From: a virus
Virus record (IMG/VR): IMGVR_UViG_3300011982_000014
Coordinates: 1 to 6,298 of that record
Reading direction: 5' to 3' (one strand)
Length of the DNA stretch: 6,298 nt
Below, piece after piece: positions 1-4,204 of this stretch. Numbering within the stretch: the stretch's first letter is position 1; each line of letters begins with the position of its first letter. The notes under the pieces are model-generated. The model was not told the origin of the DNA. It searched no databases and was given only the letters and a program-made list of their open reading frames with translations. The position numbers were made by a program, and so were the translations under genes.

Positions 1-77
1 GACTTCAATTTAAGTTGCTGCTTCAAATACAACAACTTATCAAACAACATCAAATAAGCATGAAGATTGGAAGTACC
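1..77. repeat. Terminal redundancy of a circular contig. Bases 1-77 are identical to 6222-6298, giving a unit genome of 6221 nt.
   Basis: Base-by-base comparison shows gacttcaatttaagttgctgcttcaaatacaacaacttatcaaacaacatcaaataagcatgaagattggaagtacc at both ends. The repeat lies inside one continuous reading frame (Rep), as expected for a circle opened at an arbitrary point. Confidence 0.95.
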
Positions 78-1337
78 GCCATAATAACGGGAAAAATCAA
101 ACCTGCTGCACATCTCGTGGGCTCTCTTGGAAGCATACCAGGAAGCATCCTTTTCAAAATTACACAATTCATACTCAAAGCTATAATTAACCAAACAATA
201 ATGCCGATAACTCTCATCGGGAAATCTATGCAAATAGCTACGCAACGAACAACCTGACAAATCAGCCTTAGCCTGAACCACTTCTAACCATTCTGCATGG
301 TGCGAAGAATAGAAACCGTATACAAACGATTTTGCATCAAAAGAAAGGTTACGATACTCGAAACACTTGCTCCACACGGAATCCAACAAACTCGAGGAAA
401 AGACCATATCAACGATTTCCGTGCATCCGCTTGACTTGTCAAACACTGGCACACTATCGTAAACAAATCCTCGAGAGATACGCGAGAATACTTGCGGATA
501 ATCGACTTTGTAACAACCAATAATCGGACCTTTACTTTGAATGTGCCACGGTCGTGTTGAACGGAGTTGAAGCACTTGAGGTAAATCAAGATTGCCAGCA
601 ACATACGACGCAACATAGAACGCTGTGTTGGGGTCGCACTGCTTGATGTAGTCATAGGTAAGACGAACAGACGCAAACGGCCTAAACACAAACCTATTAA
701 TTCCTTGCTTTCTCTCAAATCGACCCCAGGACTTAACGATAAAATCTTTGATTTTACACAAGAGCCTTTCAGAATCGAAGAATAAGACACCGTGATAGTG
801 CGGACGGTAGGTCTTAGGACCGTATTCCGAAGCGATATAGTATCTAAGTTTTCTGTCTTCATTATTAAAATCTTTATCTTTACTAATCCACCAGCGCAGA
901 CGCTTCATGAAATTCTGAACGTCACGCTTGCAGACAACACCAAACTCATAACTCACTTCTTCGGATTCGATCCGAGGAAGAAACGTAGAATCATCAAAAT
1001 AATACGAATAATCTTTAACATCTTCATCAAAATAATTTAAAGGTGAATAACTGCACAAGTCAGCATAACGGCCAATCGGCATCAACTGAACCTTACCGTT
1101 AGCGTCCATAACGGCACGCATACGGGGCAGACTGTCATTGTTATAGGTCAATGTGAACATAACAGAATACCGATGCTGCTTGATTTCATTTTGAACACGG
1201 GCCGTCTGAACATTCGCCTTGCGGTTGACACAAGCAGCACACTTGCCACAAGAGACATATTCCAAAGAATGGGTGTACTTGTTATAAATGCGCTGGGGGT
1301 CAAAACAGTTGCTAAAGGACTGAAGAACGTCAGACAT
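1..1337 (-). CDS. VP4: Replication initiator protein VP4 (HUH rolling-circle endonuclease), N-terminal 445 codons. The gene continues across the circular junction into 6221->5891, for 555 aa in total.
   Basis: The minus-strand frame is open from ATG 1337-1335 to base 1 with no stop. It is missing from the ORF track because it runs off the window edge. Hand translation begins MSDVLQSFSNCFDPQRIYNKYTHSLEYVSCGKCAACVNRKANVQTARVQNEIKQHRYSVMFTLTYNNDS. Motif I is MFTLTY (aa 60-65). Motif II (HUH) is RPHYHGVLFF, with His180/His182 at nt 800-792. Motif III is AFYVASYVAGN, with paired Tyr241/Tyr245 at nt 617-603; compare YVAKYV of the phiX174 A protein. No Walker A motif, as expected for Microviridae Rep. 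Confidence 0.93.
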   Translation of the reverse strand, partial: MSDVLQSFSNCFDPQRIYNKYTHSLEYVSCGKCAACVNRKANVQTARVQNEIKQHRYSVMFTLTYNNDSLPRMRAVMDANGKVQLMPIGRYADLCSYSPLNYFDEDVKDYSYYFDDSTFLPRIESEEVSYEFGVVCKRDVQNFMKRLRWWISKDKDFNNEDRKLRYYIASEYGPKTYRPHYHGVLFFDSERLLCKIKDFIVKSWGRFERKQGINRFVFRPFASVRLTYDYIKQCDPNTAFYVASYVAGNLDLPQVLQLRSTRPWHIQSKGPIIGCYKVDYPQVFSRISRGFVYDSVPVFDKSSGCTEIVDMVFSSSLLDSVWSKCFEYRNLSFDAKSFVYGFYSSHHAEWLEVVQAKADLSGCSLRSYLHRFPDESYRHYCLVNYSFEYELCNFEKDASWYASKRAHEMCSRFDFSRYYGGTSNLHAYLMLFDKLLYLKQQLKLK

Positions 1338-1343
1338 AAAATA

Positions 1344-1484
1344 TCACAATAAGAGAATGAACAATATAACGATGATGCAACTAAGCAGGGTCACAAGGGC
1401 CAAGCCAAAAATGAGAACGTAGGAAACCAGCAGGGAACTAACCTTGATGAATTTCGTCTGAAATAAATTATTAAATATCGACAT
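1344..1484 (-). CDS. Hypothetical 46-aa hydrophobic (single-pass transmembrane-like) peptide immediately upstream of Rep.
   Basis: ATG at 1484-1482, TGA at 1346-1344. Hand translation is MSIFNNLFQTKFIKVSSLLVSYVLIFGLALVTLLSCIIVILFILLL. The stop lies 6 nt before the Rep ATG. Caveats: it is below the ORF-track size cutoff, only 15/46 codons end in T (weaker coding signature than the core genes), and hydrophobic ORFs arise easily on a T-rich strand. Confidence 0.4.
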   Translation of the reverse strand: MSIFNNLFQTKFIKVSSLLVSYVLIFGLALVTLLSCIIVILFILLL

Positions 1485-1542
1485 AATAACACTGTTTGGA
1501 GATAACGCGCCTTATGATTAAATAAAAAACACGCAAAAAAAA

Positions 1543-1659
1543 TTACTTATCAATCATAAAAAGAATCATAGAAACCAAAGAAGTACAAATACCAAAAACT
1601 AAGAATGCAACAAACATCCAAAGCAATACAGCAATAGGGGTCTTAACATCAAGTTTCAT
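1543..1659 (-). CDS. Hypothetical 38-aa hydrophobic peptide, paralogue B of a duplicated mini-ORF.
   Basis: ATG at 1659-1657, TAA at 1545-1543. Translation is MKLDVKTPIAVLLWMFVAFLVFGICTSLVSMILFMIDK. The first 21 codons lie in the 65-bp repeat copy 1597-1661. 23/38 codons end in T, similar to the core genes. Confidence 0.4.
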   Translation of the reverse strand: MKLDVKTPIAVLLWMFVAFLVFGICTSLVSMILFMIDK

Positions 1660-1661
1660 AA
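1597..1661. repeat. Copy 1 of a perfect 65-bp direct repeat.
   Basis: aactaagaatgcaacaaacatccaaagcaatacagcaataggggtcttaacatcaagtttcataa is identical at 1597-1661 and 1715-1779 (offset 118 nt). The flanks are unrelated. Confidence 0.97.
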
Positions 1662-1669
1662 ACAAAAAA

Positions 1670-1777
1670 CTAACGATTCAAAAAACCTTGTAAAAAAAAC
1701 AATATAGGCGCAAGAACTAAGAATGCAACAAACATCCAAAGCAATACAGCAATAGGGGTCTTAACATCAAGTTTCAT
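1670..1777 (-). CDS. Hypothetical 35-aa hydrophobic peptide, paralogue A of a duplicated mini-ORF.
   Basis: ATG at 1777-1775, TAG at 1672-1670. Translation is MKLDVKTPIAVLLWMFVAFLVLAPILFFLQGFLNR. The first 21 codons lie in the 65-bp repeat copy 1715-1779. 18/35 codons end in T. Confidence 0.35.
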   Translation of the reverse strand: MKLDVKTPIAVLLWMFVAFLVLAPILFFLQGFLNR

Positions 1778-1779
1778 AA
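1715..1779. repeat. Copy 2 of the perfect 65-bp direct repeat.
   Basis: Same 65-mer as 1597-1661, checked base by base. Confidence 0.97.
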
Positions 1780-1801
1780 GCGATAACAATTAAACACAAC
1801 A

Positions 1802-1832
1802 CAAATATAAAACAAATAAAAACACCATCAAA
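1802..1832 (-). promoter_or_regulatory. Candidate Bacteroidota-type promoter (TTTG-N19-TAnnTTTG) upstream of the mini-ORF/Rep block.
   Basis: The minus strand reads TTTG (1832-1829), then 19 nt, then TATATTTG (1809-1802). The motif ends 24 nt upstream of the ATG at 1777. This matches the remembered Bacteroides -33/-7 consensus. The strand is very T-rich here, so chance matches are likely. Confidence 0.2.
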
Positions 1833-1907
1833 CAAAAAAACAAAATATTTTCAAATAAAATGTAGTTATATGCCGAAAAACATAAAAAACATAAATAAAA
1901 CTAACAA

Positions 1908-1985
1908 ACGCGCACACACACGCGCACACGCGCGAAAACGCACGCGCGCACATGCACGCGCACACACACACATACATATATATAT
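1908..1985. repeat. Alternating purine-pyrimidine low-complexity tract, (CG/CA)n grading into (TA)n. Z-DNA-prone in duplex form.
   Basis: Strict R-Y alternation over 1908-1934 (27 nt) and 1938-1985 (48 nt), interrupted only by the extra A residues at 1935-1937. Sequence: acgcgcacacacacgcgcacacgcgcg aaa acgcacgcgcgcacatgcacgcgcacacacacacatacatatatatat. Confidence 0.9.
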
Positions 1986-1991
1986 TAGTAC

Positions 1992-2061
1992 TGTCAGTTT
2001 TCATAATAATAAACAAGAGGACTGCAAACAACGGGGGTGTTTGCCTGGTGGAAAACTGACA
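1992..2061. other. Nested stem-loop structure in the gene-free gap. Candidate ssDNA structural element, possibly a complementary-strand origin or priming site.
   Basis: The outer 11-bp perfect inverted repeat is tgtcagttttc (1992-2002) / gaaaactgaca (2051-2061). The inner 7-bp stem is gcaaaca (2024-2030) / tgtttgc (2038-2044), with loop acggggg. Confidence 0.45.
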
Positions 2062-2080
2062 ACTCAAAAAATTAGGCTTT

Positions 2081-2162
2081 TACGCGCTCCGCGTACCGTT
2101 CGCAAGCTCACTATTCGTCTAACGACATTGGACGCTAAACGCTACAAGTCGTCGCGAAGCTC
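2081..2162. other. CpG-rich island with a short hairpin and an imperfect direct repeat, non-coding on the gene strand.
   Basis: About 55% G+C by my count (44/80 nt), visibly higher than the flanks and dense in CG dinucleotides. Hairpin tacgcg-ctc-cgcgta at 2081-2095. cgcaagctc (2101-2109) and cgcgaagctc (2153-2162) are near-identical direct repeats about 52 nt apart. Confidence 0.4.
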
Positions 2163-2195
2163 CTTTATTGTAAAATGTCCATAAACAAAAATGAA

Positions 2196-2213
2196 GCGAC
2201 TTTCACAAGCCAC
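2196..2213 (-). terminator. Candidate intrinsic terminator at the end of the VP1-VP2-59aa gene block.
   Basis: The minus strand reads GUGGCUU-GUGA-AAGUCGC. That is a 7-bp stem including two G-U pairs, capped by a GNRA-type loop and followed by UUCAUUUUUGUUU. The wobble pairs form only on the coding-sense strand. It lies 34 nt after the stop at 2248. Confidence 0.3.
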
Positions 2214-2247
2214 TCCAAATAAATAGATAGATAAAAATTAAAAACAA

Positions 2248-2427
2248 TTACTTCGGCCGGGCATCAAAACCAGGATAAAAAACACAATTCATATTACTAA
2301 CGCTGCACCAATAAGGAGAAACGAAACGGCCAATATTATCAAACTCAATACAGCGCCAATCACAAGCCATTTCATCGCCTTTTTCATACGGACAGCGAAC
2401 CACCTTAATATCTGTACCATAAAACAT
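2248..2427 (-). CDS. Hypothetical 59-aa Cys- and aromatic-rich protein directly downstream of VP2.
   Basis: ATG at 2427-2425, 14 nt after the VP2 stop. TAA at 2250-2248. Translation is MFYGTDIKVVRCPYEKGDEMACDWRCIEFDNIGRFVSPYWCSVSNMNCVFYPGFDARPK, with 5 Cys and 11 F/Y/W. 35/59 codons end in T, the same signature as the core genes. It is just below the ORF-track size cutoff. Confidence 0.55.
   Translation of the reverse strand: MFYGTDIKVVRCPYEKGDEMACDWRCIEFDNIGRFVSPYWCSVSNMNCVFYPGFDARPK
2289..2387 (-). CDS. Possible overprinted 32-aa transmembrane peptide, in the +1 frame inside the 59-aa ORF.
   Basis: ATG at 2387-2385, TGA at 2291-2289. Translation is MKKAMKWLVIGAVLSLIILAVSFLLIGAALVI, a basic N-terminus followed by a ~25-residue hydrophobic helix. 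Caveat: the +1 frame of a T3-rich gene has T at codon position 2, so it encodes F/L/I/M/V by construction. Confidence 0.25.
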   Translation of the reverse strand: MKKAMKWLVIGAVLSLIILAVSFLLIGAALVI

Positions 2428-2441
2428 AAAATTAAAATTAT

Positions 2442-3692
2442 TTACTTAAAAGAATGAACCAAACCTTTAATAGGAATAATATCATTAACCAAATCACCAA
2501 CAGCCTTAGCACCTCCGCGTAAAGTATTCCAAGGATTTTGCCAATCAATTCGATTAGTCCTATAAGGCTCAGTATAAAAATAATCTGCCTTTCTATCCTG
2601 CAAATCCATATAAGAAGAATCAGCACCAAACTTAGCAACACGCGAACGCGAATTTTGCTCACTAACACGACCATGACGCATCGCATTTTCCGTCTGGGTT
2701 TGCGCATTGGTCAAACCAGCAGCAGCACGACTTGCAAGCGAAGAACTAATCGCAGCATCGGCATCGGCATTATTACGGGTAATCTCGGAGTTCAAGACAC
2801 CAATACGCATACGAAAAGTCTTCTCCTCGAGAGGTTTCAAAAATGACAAATCAAACTGCTTCAACAGACGGTCAACATCAATTACCTTGCCTTGCTTGCC
2901 AAGATTGTCTATTTCTGCCAAACACTTCTGATAGGTCGCCATCTGATTCTTTTGCTCAGTCTCACTCTGAACATCGAAATTAGTCAACTCATTGCCTGCT
3001 TCATCGGTCATCGGCTGACCATTCTCATCCAAAGCGGAACCTTGCAACCAATCCATATTCATCTGGGCAATAGTGCTAGTCACAACGGCATTGTTAGCGG
3101 TCGCTTGCGCCTGACGAGCATCGGCAACAGACTTAATACCAGAAGACAAATAAGCGGTACGACCGTCTTCATCGGTCACACGATCATTGTCAAGCTGCTT
3201 TTGCAATTCATATTGAACCTTATCATTATCCAACTGCTGACCTTGTATAGTCTTATCAGCCTGCAATGCCTGCATAACAGCATTAGGGGCAGAAGCCAAT
3301 CCAGCAGCGACAGCACCAAGAGGGGAGGACGTAGCAGGAGGAGCAGGAACAGAAGCGGAAGCACCACCAGAAAACGAACCTAAACCATCGGCCTGACCAT
3401 TATAAAGATAAGGGTTATAACCTGCTTTCTCTATACGGGCACGAACATTACTAGGGTCATTATACTCACGTTCAGCATCAATCAACTTTTCCTGCCAACC
3501 TTGTTGCTGCCACAACATTTGCTCTTGCCAACGACGATTACGAGAATTCAAATTGCCACTTGCCATGGCACCTACACCAGCACTCGCCAAACTTCCAGCA
3601 GCACTTGCAATAGCACCCCATGGCACAGCCATAGACTTACAGACAGAAAACACACGGTCGGAACTGTCTAAAGAATATCTTACAAAATCCAT
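2442..3692 (-). CDS. VP2: DNA pilot / minor capsid protein VP2 (416 aa). An alternative start at 3632 would give 396 aa.
   Basis: ORF-track protein with a Gly/Ala-rich hydrophobic N-terminal segment (MAVPWGAIASAAGSLASAGVGAMASG). This is followed by a Q/W-rich segment (NRRWQEQMLWQQQGWQEKL), a RARIEKAGYNPYL motif (compare the AGLNP motif of gokushovirus VP2), and a long Q/N/D/A-rich coiled region. Its position after the capsid and scaffold-like genes fits. The ATG at 3632 begins exactly at the Gly/Ala-rich segment and may be the true start. Confidence 0.85.
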   Translation of the reverse strand: MDFVRYSLDSSDRVFSVCKSMAVPWGAIASAAGSLASAGVGAMASGNLNSRNRRWQEQMLWQQQGWQEKLIDAEREYNDPSNVRARIEKAGYNPYLYNGQADGLGSFSGGASASVPAPPATSSPLGAVAAGLASAPNAVMQALQADKTIQGQQLDNDKVQYELQKQLDNDRVTDEDGRTAYLSSGIKSVADARQAQATANNAVVTSTIAQMNMDWLQGSALDENGQPMTDEAGNELTNFDVQSETEQKNQMATYQKCLAEIDNLGKQGKVIDVDRLLKQFDLSFLKPLEEKTFRMRIGVLNSEITRNNADADAAISSSLASRAAAGLTNAQTQTENAMRHGRVSEQNSRSRVAKFGADSSYMDLQDRKADYFYTEPYRTNRIDWQNPWNTLRGGAKAVGDLVNDIIPIKGLVHSFK

Positions 3693-3708
3693 AAAACAAA
3701 AATTTAAA

Positions 3709-3730
3709 GTAGAGGAGTTTCCTCCTCTAC
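3709..3730 (-). terminator. Intercistronic hairpin with U-tract (attenuator or intrinsic-terminator-like) between the 148-aa gene and VP2.
   Basis: The minus strand reads GUAGAGGAG-GAAA-CUCCUCUAC. That is a perfect 9-bp stem with a GNRA tetraloop, followed by UUUAAAUUUUUGUUUU and then the ATG at 3692. It starts 12 nt after the stop at 3743. Confidence 0.45.
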
Positions 3731-3742
3731 AAAAACAATAAA

Positions 3743-4189
3743 CTAATCAGAACCAACAGAACCAGCAGAACCATCCTCACCAACAGAAGAAGCATCCGCT
3801 TTTTCTTCCTCTGAAATGGACGGAAGTACATCATTTTCAAATACATCCTTAACCTTATCCACATCAGTAAGAGTGGAATTGTAACGGCTAGGAACAGTCC
3901 TAACCAAATCCTTATCAGGAACATTTTTACGCGATTCCATCGGAACACGCTGCATCCTCGATAACACAGCTTCTTTCTCCATAGGAGAAACATTAGGGTC
4001 TAACAAACGGTCAACATCATTGACACGGTTACCCGTAACCTCACTGAGAGGGGCAACAGAATCAATAATACTCTCAATCTCGGCATTTAACTTCGGCAAA
4101 TCCTCATTACGAGAAACCGAAACCAACTGCGCATTATACTGCTCCTCAGTCATACGCAATACATTAATACAATAATATTTGTTACTCAT
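3743..4189 (-). CDS. Hypothetical acidic 148-aa protein, possibly an internal scaffolding (VP3-like) protein.
   Basis: ATG at 4189 lies 15 nt after the VP1 stop. The protein is about 28 D/E versus 17 K/R by my count, with an acidic, Ser-rich C-terminal tail (SISEEEKADASSVGEDGSAGSVGSD). Size and charge resemble microvirus internal scaffolding proteins. No diagnostic motif was recognised, so the function is inferred from size, charge and position only. Confidence 0.75.
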   Translation of the reverse strand: MSNKYYCINVLRMTEEQYNAQLVSVSRNEDLPKLNAEIESIIDSVAPLSEVTGNRVNDVDRLLDPNVSPMEKEAVLSRMQRVPMESRKNVPDKDLVRTVPSRYNSTLTDVDKVKDVFENDVLPSISEEEKADASSVGEDGSAGSVGSD

Positions 4190-4204
4190 AATAATAAACT
4201 TAAA

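Noticed and set aside
284-862. 192-aa minus-strand ORF from the track (MKTENLDTISLRN...).
   Set aside because: It is out of frame with, and entirely inside, the Rep gene, whose frame carries the HUH and Tyr motifs. It has no recognisable motif of its own, so it is treated as a by-product of the overlapping frame.
1828-2067. 79-aa minus-strand ORF across the repeat tract (…YMYVCVCACMCARAFSRVCACVCAF…).
   Set aside because: The translation is a low-complexity read-out of the TG/CG repeat. It has a TTG start and no coding signature.
2154-2160. GCGAAGC heptamer, the sequence of the extraordinarily stable DNA mini-hairpin reported near some ssDNA phage origins.
   Set aside because: A specific 7-mer is expected about 0.8 times by chance in 12.4 kb of two-strand sequence. 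It also lies on the window plus strand, which is the complement of the presumed packaged strand.
2312-2318. Plus-strand AAGGAG Shine-Dalgarno-like hexamer.
   Set aside because: No start codon follows within a usable distance on the plus strand, and it lies antisense within the 59-aa ORF.
2405-2412. GATATTAA on the coding strand, matching the bases immediately around and after the phiX174 origin nick (G/ATATTAA).
   Set aside because: It lacks the upstream CAACTT recognition part, lies inside the 59-aa ORF, and is an AT-rich 8-mer likely to occur by chance. The repeat-borne AACTTGAT motif is the better origin candidate.
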